Shown piece after piece: positions 1 to 8,239 of a stretch of 64,000 bases of DNA. Within the stretch, counting starts at the first letter, position 1; every line of letters starts with the position of its first letter. The notes under the pieces are model-generated. The model searched no databases and was not told where the DNA came from. It saw only the letters and a program-made list of their open reading frames with translations. Where the stretch lies: IMG/VR virus record IMGVR_UViG_2935423994_000003, one strand, 5' to 3'. The translations under genes were made by a program, and so were the position numbers. Source of the stretch: a virus.

Positions 1-164
1 TTCACCCGGCGCGAGAAGGCGGCCAACCGGGCGTTCGCCGCCTCCATCTCCCGGCTCAGGCGTCCGAAGCCGCGCGACCCGGCTTCGCCCACGCCTTCCA
101 GTTCGGCGCGCACCTGCCGTCCGCCGACCGCAGCGAGGCGGACCGAGACACGTTTTTCGGCCAT
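1..164 (-). CDS. Tape measure protein, N-terminus only (runs off window)
   Basis: Manual translation MAEKRVSVRLAAVGGRQVRAELEGVGEAGSRGFGRLSREM closely matches the N-terminus of the ORF at 38501-40948; absent from the ORF track. Confidence 0.9.
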   Translation of the reverse strand, partial: MAEKRVSVRLAAVGGRQVRAELEGVGEAGSRGFGRLSREMEAANARLAAFSRRV

Positions 165-228
165 CGCTCAGGATCCTTGCATTTGTCGCGTGGGCGTCTT
201 ACGTTTTTGGCATCGATCAACAGTGAGT

Positions 229-447
229 ATGACCATGCCGGAGACCGCGACCCTCTCCTCGAAGTTTCAGATCTCGATCCCGAAGGCGATCCGCGCCGCG
301 CTACATTGGGAGGCGGGGCTGACCTTCGCCTTCATCCCCAAGGGCACCGGCGTGCTTCTGGTGCCGGTCCCGAAGCGGGAGAGCCTGAAGGGCCTCGCGC
401 GCGGTGCGTCCGCCACCGATTATCGCGACCGCTCGGACCGCTTCTGA
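229..447 (+). CDS. vapB: AbrB/MazE/SpoVT-family antitoxin
   Basis: ATLSSKFQISIPKAIR AbrB-type signature; its TGA overlaps the ATG of the PIN gene. Confidence 0.85.
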   Translation: MTMPETATLSSKFQISIPKAIRAALHWEAGLTFAFIPKGTGVLLVPVPKRESLKGLARGASATDYRDRSDRF

Positions 448-827
448 TGGTGCTGGTCGACACCTCGGCCTGGATCGAATGGCTGATCGGCTCGCCGACC
501 GGCGACACGCTGGCCGGGCATCTGCCCGATCAGGCCGAATGGCTGGTTCCGACCATGGTCCAGCTGGAACTGGCGAAATGGCTCACCCGCGAGGTGGGCG
601 AAGACAAGGCCGATCAGGTGATCGCCTTCACGCAGGTCTGCCATGTGGTCCCACTCGACACCGAGATCGCGCTGGTGGCGGCGGAAGCCTGCCGCGAGCA
701 CAAGCTCGCCACCGCCGACGCGATCATCTTCGCAACCGCCCGCGCACAGGGCGCGACGCTTCTGACCTGCGACAGGCATTTCGAGGGGCTGCCCGGCGTC
801 ACCCTGATCGAGAAGATCAAGGACTGA
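447..827 (+). CDS. vapC: PIN-domain toxin
   Basis: MVLVDTSAWIE start, ATADAII and LLTCDRHF acidic PIN motifs; TGATG coupling to the antitoxin. Confidence 0.9.
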   Translation: MVLVDTSAWIEWLIGSPTGDTLAGHLPDQAEWLVPTMVQLELAKWLTREVGEDKADQVIAFTQVCHVVPLDTEIALVAAEACREHKLATADAIIFATARAQGATLLTCDRHFEGLPGVTLIEKIKD

Positions 828-1152
828 GACCCGGGCCGCCATTCGCCACCATCTCCTCGTTCAATCTTCGCACCATCACCGCCTCGATGACCGGCAGCAG
901 TTCGGCCATGGCGAGCGGCGGGACGCCGAGGGCGTCACCGAGGGCCAGCGCGGCCGACATGTCCCAGCCGATCACCGCGCCGGGGAGTACACGAAGCTGA
1001 CCGCCGAGACGGCCGACGAGATCCCAGACCTGCCAACCCTCCGGAGTTTCCGGACGGTTCAGCCGCGCCGGGCAGTCCGGGCAGGCTTGCGCGCAGGCTT
1101 CGCAATATCGCTCGCCCCCGCCGAAGAACCATTCGGCGAGAGCGCGGAGGCG
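817..1152 (-). CDS. Tail assembly chaperone GT extension (-1 frame, no own start codon)
   Basis: -1 frame after A AAA AAC is open for 111 codons (RLRALAEWFFGGGERYCEACAQACPDCP...) and is homologous to 40941-41264. Confidence 0.8.
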   Translation of the reverse strand, partial: RLRALAEWFFGGGERYCEACAQACPDCPARLNRPETPEGWQVWDLVGRLGGQLRVLPGAVIGWDMSAALALGDALGVPPLAMAELLPVIEAVMVRRLNEEMVANGGPGLSP

Positions 1153-1496
1153 TTTTTTTCCTGTTCCAGCAGCAGGCCCTTCGAGACGTAGGTCAGCTGG
1201 AAAGCCTCGAAGATCGGCCAGACGTCGAGCAGCGCGTCGATGGCCTCGGGGCCCGGATCGATCGGCTTGCCGTCGGCGTCGCCGATGCCCTCCCAGGCGA
1301 GCACGGCGCGTCGCGCCAGTGCTTTCGCGAAGGCGACCGCGCGTTCCTCGTCGGAAGCCTCCTCGGAAACCGCCTCGACAGCTGGATCGCTCCGGGTCGC
1401 CACCATCAGCGCGGTGGTCAGCGGGCGCAGCTGCACCCGAACGCCGGGCGAGAGGTCATGCCAGCGCGGGGCGTTGGTCAGGTCGAGCGTCAGCAT
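1059..1496 (-). CDS. Tail assembly chaperone G-like
   Basis: Lies between tail tube and tape measure genes; contains the slippery site; homolog at 41171-41608. Confidence 0.8.
   Translation of the reverse strand: MLTLDLTNAPRWHDLSPGVRVQLRPLTTALMVATRSDPAVEAVSEEASDEERAVAFAKALARRAVLAWEGIGDADGKPIDPGPEAIDALLDVWPIFEAFQLTYVSKGLLLEQEKNASALSPNGSSAGASDIAKPARKPARTARRG
1152..1158 (-). other. Slippery heptamer A AAA AAC (programmed -1 frameshift)
   Basis: GAA AAA AAC (EKN) in the G frame; identical heptamer at 41264-41270. Confidence 0.8.
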
Positions 1497-1497
1497 C

Positions 1498-2436
1498 TCA
1501 GTAGGTCTCCACGTCGTTCACGAGGGTGGCTGTGCACATCCGGCCGACGACGCTGTCGCGGGCAGCCTGCCAGTCGAATGTCGCCTGCACCCCCTGCGGC
1601 CCGGAAATCTCGATCCGCGGGCGCGGCAGGTAGACGGCGTGCACGGTTAGGCGCAAGCTCTCGCCCGAGGGCAGGACGTAGGCGAAGGTGATCTCGCAGG
1701 GATCGCCATTGATCGCCTGCGTCACCAGCGTTTGGTCGGCGAAGCGCACCTCGATGGAACCGGTCAGCGCGGCGATGGAGGGGTCTGCGCCGTCGATGCG
1801 GCCGTCCGAGCGAATGGTTTCGATCCGGTCGAGGTTGTTGGCGTAGGTGATGTCGGCTGAAACCACATTGCCGAGGGCGGAGCCATTCCGCGTGATCGCC
1901 CCGTTGAAATGGCCGAAGCGCTTCAACTCGAGCGCAGCCGGTGTCCCGGCGCTGGTCGTCGTGCCTACTGTCTCGCCCTGCGCCACCAGCCGGGCCGTTG
2001 CGGTCAGCAGCCCCGAGCGCTGCATTTGCCAGTTAATCTGGTCGAGCACGCAGCCGGAATACATCGCGTAGCGCGGCACCTCGGGCATGCCGGTCTCGAT
2101 GGACATGCTGGGCAGCGTCCAGGACCCCGACTGGAACTCATGCGTCCAAGGGCCGGTGCCGGTCGTGGTTGGGTCACCAAAGGCTGCCTTCAGCCAGAAC
2201 CCGAAAGCTTCCGCATCGAGCGGCACGACCACATCGCCATCGGCCGTCACTGCGTCCTTGATCGGCGCTAGCGGATCCCGGCCGTAACCCAGCAATTCCG
2301 AATTGAGCAGTGGTTGCTCCGCCCCCAGCGAGGTGCTGGCGAAGGGCATCTTGGTGAAACCGCCCACGGGCGGCGTTCCATAGGTCGTCTCGAACGCAAG
2401 CGCCATCTGCGCCCGCGCCCCCTGGGCTCGTCCCAT
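1498..2436 (-). CDS. Tail tube (major tail) protein
   Basis: 312 aa, MGRAQGARAQMALAFE start; position in the tail operon; same-length homolog at 41608-42546. Confidence 0.8.
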   Translation of the reverse strand: MGRAQGARAQMALAFETTYGTPPVGGFTKMPFASTSLGAEQPLLNSELLGYGRDPLAPIKDAVTADGDVVVPLDAEAFGFWLKAAFGDPTTTGTGPWTHEFQSGSWTLPSMSIETGMPEVPRYAMYSGCVLDQINWQMQRSGLLTATARLVAQGETVGTTTSAGTPAALELKRFGHFNGAITRNGSALGNVVSADITYANNLDRIETIRSDGRIDGADPSIAALTGSIEVRFADQTLVTQAINGDPCEITFAYVLPSGESLRLTVHAVYLPRPRIEISGPQGVQATFDWQAARDSVVGRMCTATLVNDVETY

Positions 2437-2460
2437 CGTGTTCTCCTTGGATTGTCGGGG

Positions 2461-2880
2461 TCAGGCCAGCGGGTCGGCCGTCGAATAGTGCAGTACCACC
2501 GGCACGACGGCCGCCTTCAGGCTCGCCGCGCCCTCGACCGGCAGATCGACTGGCCGGGGCGCTTCGGCCTCGATCCAATCGCAGAGGCCGCCCAACGTGC
2601 GGTCGCCAGCAATTGCCGCACCGATGCTGGTGGTCAGGGTATCGAACGCAGCGTCACGCGCCGCGCCTTGGACCACCGCCTCGATTTCGGCGCGGTGCTG
2701 GTAGTGGTAGCGCAAGGGCGACAAAGTCACCTCGGGCTCCCCCGGCTCGCCGTCGCGCAGGATCAGCAGGCCTTCGGCCGGGACACGCTCGGGCAGCACC
2801 TCTCCGCGCAGGGCGGTGGCGGGCAGCGCCGAAAGCCGCGCGTGCAGCGCGGTGAGGATGGTTTCGCGGGGGCTGGGCAT
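2461..2880 (-). CDS. Putative tail terminator/completion protein
   Basis: 139 aa gene immediately upstream of the tail tube; homolog at 42572-42994. Confidence 0.6.
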   Translation of the reverse strand: MPSPRETILTALHARLSALPATALRGEVLPERVPAEGLLILRDGEPGEPEVTLSPLRYHYQHRAEIEAVVQGAARDAAFDTLTTSIGAAIAGDRTLGGLCDWIEAEAPRPVDLPVEGAASLKAAVVPVVLHYSTADPLA

Positions 2881-2932
2881 TATGGATGCTCTTGCTGAAT
2901 TGTGACTTCTACGAGAGGTGTTGATGTGCTAG

Positions 2933-2943
2933 AGGTAATACCT
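2933..2943. promoter_or_regulatory. Palindrome AGGTAATACCT, putative TA operator
   Basis: Inverted repeat in the AT-rich leader of an RHH antitoxin. Confidence 0.45.
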
Positions 2944-2969
2944 GTGAATACCCGCGTGGAGTCATCCCC

Positions 2970-3254
2970 ATGAACGCCGTCCGCCCAATTGCCGTAAAAC
3001 TTGATCAGGACACCCGCGACCGCCTCAAGCGGCTGGCGGAGGCCAGAGACCGCTCCACTCACTGGATGCTCCGCGAGGCCGTGGCGCAATTCGTCGATCG
3101 CGAAGAAAAGCGCGAATCGTTTCGCCAAGCCGGGCTTCAGGCATGGGAAGAATTTCAGGCCACCGGCAAGCACGTCACGCATGACGAAGCCGATGCCTGG
3201 CTTGTCAGGCTGGAAGCGGGCGAAGATGCGGACGCTCCTGAATGCCACGACTGA
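2970..3254 (+). CDS. CopG/RHH-family antitoxin
   Basis: RPIAVKLDQDTRDRLKRLA..RDRSTHWMLREAV ribbon-helix-helix; overlaps the toxin start. Confidence 0.85.
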   Translation: MNAVRPIAVKLDQDTRDRLKRLAEARDRSTHWMLREAVAQFVDREEKRESFRQAGLQAWEEFQATGKHVTHDEADAWLVRLEAGEDADAPECHD

Positions 3255-3532
3255 TCTGGTCTCCCGCAGCTCTGCGGGACGTTGAGCGGCTCTACAGATT
3301 CCTTGCCGATAAAAACCCCGATGCAGCGCGCCGCGCGGCCAAATCCATTCGCGAGGGTATGAACATCCTGCGCGACCAGCCGGGGGTCGGTCGCCCCGTC
3401 GAGGCGATGGCCCCGGAATTCCGTGAGTGGTTCATCGCGTTCGGTGACAGCGGGTATGTGTCGCTCTATCGGTTTGACGGCGAAACAGCGGTGGTCCTGG
3501 CCGTTCGTCATCAGCGTGAAGCTGGGTATTGA
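3242..3532 (+). CDS. RelE/ParE-family toxin
   Basis: MPRLIWSPAALRDVERL...GRPV...YRFDGETAVVLAVRHQRE, ParE-like pattern. Confidence 0.85.
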   Translation: MPRLIWSPAALRDVERLYRFLADKNPDAARRAAKSIREGMNILRDQPGVGRPVEAMAPEFREWFIAFGDSGYVSLYRFDGETAVVLAVRHQREAGY

Positions 3533-3546
3533 GGGTGGGCGACCGG

Positions 3547-4176
3547 CTACAGCCTTCCGCCCACCCAGTTCGCTAAGATCAAACCCGGCACCGCGTCATG
3601 CGCCCGCTCCGCATCCCGCGCGAGGTCGAGCCGCTTCGGCAGCTTGACCTGCGGCACCAGCAGGAAGATCGGCGCAGTGACCCTTCCGCGCCCGGTCTTC
3701 GAGCGCGACACGACCGCCTGACCCTTCGTGTTCAGCCGTCCCTCCGCCACCAGCAGGCTCGGGCCCGTGCGGCGATAGACGAAGCGCAGGCGAAGACCGC
3801 GTCGCCGTTCCCATTCGCCGGGCGTGATCCGACCACCCCGCGCGGATTTCCCGGCGGCCTCGGTCGGGATCGCCAGCCAGAACCCGTTGCGCGACCGGAT
3901 CAGCGGGCCGGTATCATGCGCATTGATGATCTTGGGCGCTTTTGACCAGACCAGGGCTGCGGCGTTCAGGCTGGCTTTGCCTTTGGGATATTGCTCGGAC
4001 CGGATCGTGCGCGCGAGCCGGGTGCCCAGCCCCGCGCCGGTGATCTGCCCGCGCCAGGCGGTCTTGAGACTGGTCCCGGCCTCGCGCGTGGCGGCGGTGA
4101 CAGCCTTCTCGCCAGCCCTGATTTCGGCCGCCATCATTGCAGCGAGGTCGGGCGTTACGTCGAGTTTGAGCTTCAT
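3547..4176 (-). CDS. Conserved neck/tail protein (DUF6441-like)
   Basis: Lies between head-tail joining and terminator genes; homolog at 44456-45085. Confidence 0.65.
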   Translation of the reverse strand: MKLKLDVTPDLAAMMAAEIRAGEKAVTAATREAGTSLKTAWRGQITGAGLGTRLARTIRSEQYPKGKASLNAAALVWSKAPKIINAHDTGPLIRSRNGFWLAIPTEAAGKSARGGRITPGEWERRRGLRLRFVYRRTGPSLLVAEGRLNTKGQAVVSRSKTGRGRVTAPIFLLVPQVKLPKRLDLARDAERAHDAVPGLILANWVGGRL

Positions 4177-4484
4177 CCTGGCCTCAGATCGACGGTCCAG
4201 ACCAGCCGCTCGCGGTCCCGCAGAGGCTCGCCTTGAATGAGGAATGCGTCGCCATCGATCTCGATCCGGTCACCGGGGCGCGGGTTCGCCACTTCGGCGA
4301 CACGCAGATCAACGCGTGTGGTCTCGGACCACATGCGCGCCTTGCCAAAGCCCGTGACCTCGTCCGCGCGGCGGGTGACCACGCGGACGAGAACCGGGTT
4401 GCCGCCGTCTGCGATCCAGGTGGCATCGCGCGCGATATCGGGATCGGCGAAGAGCGTCTCGATGGCGGCGGCAAAGATGGACAC
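4173..4484 (-). CDS. Head-tail joining protein
   Basis: 103 aa gene directly after the capsid gene; RPGDRIEIDG and IQGEP-RDRERLVW conserved with 45082-45396. Confidence 0.7.
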   Translation of the reverse strand: MSIFAAAIETLFADPDIARDATWIADGGNPVLVRVVTRRADEVTGFGKARMWSETTRVDLRVAEVANPRPGDRIEIDGDAFLIQGEPLRDRERLVWTVDLRPG

Positions 4485-4494
4485 GTGTCAGCCG

Positions 4495-5517
4495 TCAGTT
4501 CGAGCTGTGCAGCCGGATCGCGAGGCGCGGGCGCTTGTTGACCGGCAGGATCGAGGCCTCGGTCATCAGATCGATCCAGCGGCCCTTGGCATCCATCATC
4601 TGCCGGGCATAGAGCGGCAGGCCGATGGTATTGGCGGTCTCCAGCAGGTTGGCGGGGCCGCCATAGGTGGTGAAGGTGTCGAAGGTGCCCAGCGGGAAGG
4701 CGATGCCCTCGCCGGTGGGGATCAGCCGCTCCGAGGTGCCGTTCGAGAGGGTGACCGAGCCGTTGTATTCCTCGAAGAGGATGCCCGCGAAGGGAAAGGC
4801 GCGGCGCATGTCCTCGCGCAGCGGCTGGCCGCCCGTGGCCGAGAAGAACTTGTAGGCATCCTCGGTCTTCGGGTGGCTGATCAGCTTGTCGAAGAACTCG
4901 GAGCTGACCAGCGCATGGGCGGTGGTCATGGTCTCGCCCTTGAGGTTGTCCTCGATCGCGCGGAGCGTGGTGCGCACCTTGCCCTGAATGTTGGTGCCTG
5001 CCGTGCCGAAAACGAAGTCGACCGAGATCTGCGCGAGCCCGAATTCGGTGAAGTAGTTGTAGAGCGTGGTGCCCGCGCCGTCCTTCACGATGCCGCGCAG
5101 GGCGTTCATCTCCATGTATTCGCGGGTCTGGGCATGCTTGCGGCGCATCAGCGTCAGCTTGCGGTTCATCACCTCGACCAGCGGATCGGCGGCGTCCGAG
5201 ACGCCCAAGCTCGGCATGCCCTGAATATCGGCGGGCAGGATCACGTCGTCATGCGGGATCCATGGCAGCGCGAAGCTGCGCATCGACCGCTGCTCGCGGT
5301 TGCCGACGGTGGCGGCGGCACCGAGCGGCACCGAGGGCAGCAGGCTGAGTACACCTTCGCGCTGCTCGATGACGATGGAGCGTTGCGTCACGCCCTCGAA
5401 TCGAAAGAGCCCGATCTGGCCGAGCCGGGTGTAGAGGTTGGGCAGGATGTTGATGGCCTGCGTCATCTCGGCGAGCGAATAGCCGCCCGCGTCGAACGGG
5501 TTGCGGGTGAGGGTCAT
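4495..5517 (-). CDS. Major capsid protein, lambda gpE-like
   Basis: 340 aa, follows decoration gene and S49 peptidase in lambda order; highly similar copy at 45415-46437. Confidence 0.88.
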   Translation of the reverse strand: MTLTRNPFDAGGYSLAEMTQAINILPNLYTRLGQIGLFRFEGVTQRSIVIEQREGVLSLLPSVPLGAAATVGNREQRSMRSFALPWIPHDDVILPADIQGMPSLGVSDAADPLVEVMNRKLTLMRRKHAQTREYMEMNALRGIVKDGAGTTLYNYFTEFGLAQISVDFVFGTAGTNIQGKVRTTLRAIEDNLKGETMTTAHALVSSEFFDKLISHPKTEDAYKFFSATGGQPLREDMRRAFPFAGILFEEYNGSVTLSNGTSERLIPTGEGIAFPLGTFDTFTTYGGPANLLETANTIGLPLYARQMMDAKGRWIDLMTEASILPVNKRPRLAIRLHSSN

Positions 5518-5577
5518 GGGGATCTCCGGGGAAAGGGGGGGGGCGGGAAAAAGGACTTTGGTGCGCGCGCGGCCGGA

Positions 5578-5958
5578 TCAGGCGGTGTCGCGCGGGATGA
5601 TCCCGAGGGCGGCGATCTGGCCGATCTTGGTGGTGATCTTGCCTGTGTCATCCACGGTGCCGTCGTAGGCCAGCGCCGCGCGCGAGACGATGGCAGGGCC
5701 GCGCACGAGCACCACGCCCACGGCATCGGCGAGGGTTGCGTCGACGGCGTAGAGCAGCACGGCGGCGGCCGTCTCTGATCCATCAGTGCCGGTGTCGGGG
5801 GAGAGCGTGTACTTGCCGCTGGCGGTGACGCGCCCCAGCACGGAGCCGACCGGATAGGGCATGCCCGTCAGCAGGGTCACGGTCTCGCGGGTGTAATTCG
5901 GGTTGACCTCGTATTTGAGGACGTCGCCCATGCCGGGCGGTTGGGTCAGGACAGTCAT
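5578..5958 (-). CDS. Head decoration protein (gpD-like)
   Basis: YPVGSVLG motif, DGSETAAAVLL; located between S49 and capsid genes. Confidence 0.8.
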   Translation of the reverse strand: MTVLTQPPGMGDVLKYEVNPNYTRETVTLLTGMPYPVGSVLGRVTASGKYTLSPDTGTDGSETAAAVLLYAVDATLADAVGVVLVRGPAIVSRAALAYDGTVDDTGKITTKIGQIAALGIIPRDTA

Positions 5959-6069
5959 GATGGCGCTCCATGCGAAGGGGGCAAAAGACATCTCCCGCCG
6001 AAGCGGTGCGACGGAGGATCAGGTGAGCAGGCGAGTGTCGCGAGGGTGTCAGTGGCTTTGACCGGGTGA

Positions 6070-7506
6070 TCAGGCTTTCGTGCCGACCGCAGCCGCGCGT
6101 TTCGCCGCTGCCACGATCGGGCTTTCCGCCGCCTGCGGCAGGACCGGCGAGGGCGGGGCGGCGACGATGTCGCGCGCGTCCGACGCGGCGCTGGCGCGTT
6201 CCAGCACGAGACGGCGCAGGGCCTCGGGCGTGGTGCCCTCGCGCAGCGCTTTCGCCGCGTCGATGGCGATACCGAGGCGGCCCGCCTGCGCCGCGATCTC
6301 GGCGATCTCCGCTGCCTCGCGGCGCAGTTGCGCCGAAAGCTCGGCCAGATTGTCCGCCTGCGGGGTGGTCGGCGCGGCGGCAGTTGCTGCGGCAGCGGGC
6401 GGTTGAGTTTCAGAGGGGGATGGCTCGGCAACGGCAGGTGGGTCATCGGGGGCATCCGTGTCGCCGTCCTCGATGTCCGTTACGTTCACTCCCACGTCCT
6501 GTGGGCTGTCCTCGGTGTCGTTCTTGGTGGCCATCATTGCCTCCTGTCTGGGGTGGGAAAGGGATGCGCGCCGGGTGCGCGCGGGGGATAGGATCGGGGT
6601 GCGGATCAGCATCTGCCGGAATGCCGAGAACCCACGCGCCAGATCGGAGACCTCGTCAGCAAGGCCTGCGGCGACGGCATCCGCCCCGCGGAAGGTGGCC
6701 GCCTCGGTCGCGAGCGCTGCCTCCTGGCTCAGCCGCCCGGCGCGGCCGGCCGCGACGGTTTCCGCGAAGAGAAACCGCAGCACGTCGATTTCGAGCTGGA
6801 TGTCGTCGCGCACGGGATCGGGCAGGGGCTGATAGGGATTGCCATCGACCTTGTGGCGGCCGGAATGGATGAGGGTCACGCGCACGCCGTCCTGATCGAG
6901 TTGGCCGCTCATGTCGGCATGCAGCACCACGACCCCGATGCTGCCCAGCGCGCCGGTGCGCGGCAGGATGATGCGGTCCGCCTGAGATGCCAGCGCATAC
7001 CCGGCCGAGAAGGCATGTTCGGCCACGAAGGCCCAGACCGGCTTGTTTTGGCGCAGCGCGCGGATGCGGTCGGCCAGATCGAACACGCCCGCGACTTCAC
7101 CGCCGAAACTGTCGATCTCCAGCGCCACGCCACGCACCAAGGGGTCGCTTGCTGCGGCCTCGATCTGCGCGGCGATCCCCTCATAGCTGGTCTGGCCCGA
7201 GGACTCCCCGATCCAGCCGCCGCGATGGATGAGCACGCCGGAGATTTCGATCACGGCGATACCGTCCACCAGCGTGTAGGGCGCGTCGCCCTGCTGACGC
7301 AGGCTCTCGGCAAGACCGCCTGCGAGGATACCGGCGCGGGCAGGCAGGGCGGCAGTGCCGGGTGCGTCATGCACATCATGGTCCGCCAGTTCGATCTGCC
7401 GTCCGAGGATGCGGGGGCCGAGACCGGACAGAAACGCCATCGCCTTGGACGGCTCGACCAGCAGCGGCGTGTTGAAGGCGCGCGCGGCAATGCGGGCGTG
7501 GAGCAT
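6070..7506 (-). CDS. S49 capsid maturation protease with C-terminal scaffold (gpC/Nu3-like)
   Basis: IDSFGGEV, SAGYALAS, GSIGV S49 motifs; Ala/Pro-rich C-terminus. Confidence 0.9.
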   Translation of the reverse strand: MLHARIAARAFNTPLLVEPSKAMAFLSGLGPRILGRQIELADHDVHDAPGTAALPARAGILAGGLAESLRQQGDAPYTLVDGIAVIEISGVLIHRGGWIGESSGQTSYEGIAAQIEAAASDPLVRGVALEIDSFGGEVAGVFDLADRIRALRQNKPVWAFVAEHAFSAGYALASQADRIILPRTGALGSIGVVVLHADMSGQLDQDGVRVTLIHSGRHKVDGNPYQPLPDPVRDDIQLEIDVLRFLFAETVAAGRAGRLSQEAALATEAATFRGADAVAAGLADEVSDLARGFSAFRQMLIRTPILSPARTRRASLSHPRQEAMMATKNDTEDSPQDVGVNVTDIEDGDTDAPDDPPAVAEPSPSETQPPAAAATAAAPTTPQADNLAELSAQLRREAAEIAEIAAQAGRLGIAIDAAKALREGTTPEALRRLVLERASAASDARDIVAAPPSPVLPQAAESPIVAAAKRAAAVGTKA

Positions 7507-7586
7507 CAGGGCTGGTCCTTCGCTTGATTTTGCATTTCCGATCTCCACATGGTAAGGAGAAGGCGGAATATGTAAGGAATGTGCCG

Positions 7587-7838
7587 ATGCAGGAATCGAC
7601 AGTTACGGTCAAAGGCCAGACGACCTTGCCCCGCGATGTCCGGGCGGCCCTTGGCCTCGCGAGCGGCGACCGGGTGCGCTACGTCATCCTCGACGGCGAG
7701 GTGCGCCTCCTGAAGGCGCGCTCGGTCAAGGAATTGCGCGGCGCTCTCGCCCGTCCGGGCCAGAGGCCGGTGTCGCTCGACGCGATGGAAGAGGCGATTG
7801 GCGCAGGTGCCGCAGAGAGCGGAACCTCCGGCGCATGA
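7587..7838 (+). CDS. vapB: AbrB-family antitoxin
   Basis: STVTVKGQTTLPRDVR signature; ATGA overlap with the PIN gene. Confidence 0.88.
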   Translation: MQESTVTVKGQTTLPRDVRAALGLASGDRVRYVILDGEVRLLKARSVKELRGALARPGQRPVSLDAMEEAIGAGAAESGTSGA

Positions 7839-8233
7839 TCGCGCTCGACACCAATGTGCTGGTGCGGTTTCTCGTGCAGGACGACCCCGGGCAAGCGCAG
7901 GTTGCGGGTGATATCATGGATCGGCTGACCGATGCCGATCCCGGATTTGTCGGCCGCGAGGTTCTGGTCGAACTCGTCTGGGTGCTCGAGCGCGCCTATG
8001 GTTACGGGCGCTCCGAGATTGCCGGGGCGCTGGACGGGCTGCTGTCTTCGACCGAGTTGGTGATCGAGGCGGCTGATGATGTCGGCCTAGCTGTCGATCG
8101 CTATCGAAACGACGGCTTTGGCTTCGCCGATCTGATGATCGCCGCTGCCGCCCGGCGTGCCGGGGCCTCCGAATTGGTCACATTCGACCGCAAGGCGGCG
8201 CGCCTGCCCGGGGTGCGTCTGCTCGGAGGCTGA
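7835..8233 (+). CDS. vapC: PIN-domain toxin
   Basis: MIALDTNVLVR, FADLMI, LVTFD motifs. Confidence 0.9.
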   Translation: MIALDTNVLVRFLVQDDPGQAQVAGDIMDRLTDADPGFVGREVLVELVWVLERAYGYGRSEIAGALDGLLSSTELVIEAADDVGLAVDRYRNDGFGFADLMIAAAARRAGASELVTFDRKAARLPGVRLLGG

Positions 8234-8239
8234 GGGCGG

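Noticed and set aside
2461-2880. Metabolic enzyme (acyl-CoA transferase-type label that I recall on similar proteins)
   Set aside because: Too short, no enzyme motifs, and positioned as a tail completion gene in both prophages.
4237-5778. Long + strand ORFs (also 10605-12539, 34278-36053, 38678-40975, 45427-47574, 57130-58437)
   Set aside because: Antisense shadows of real GC-rich genes with no motifs; unlike the MTase frame B they lack frame-specific conservation evidence.
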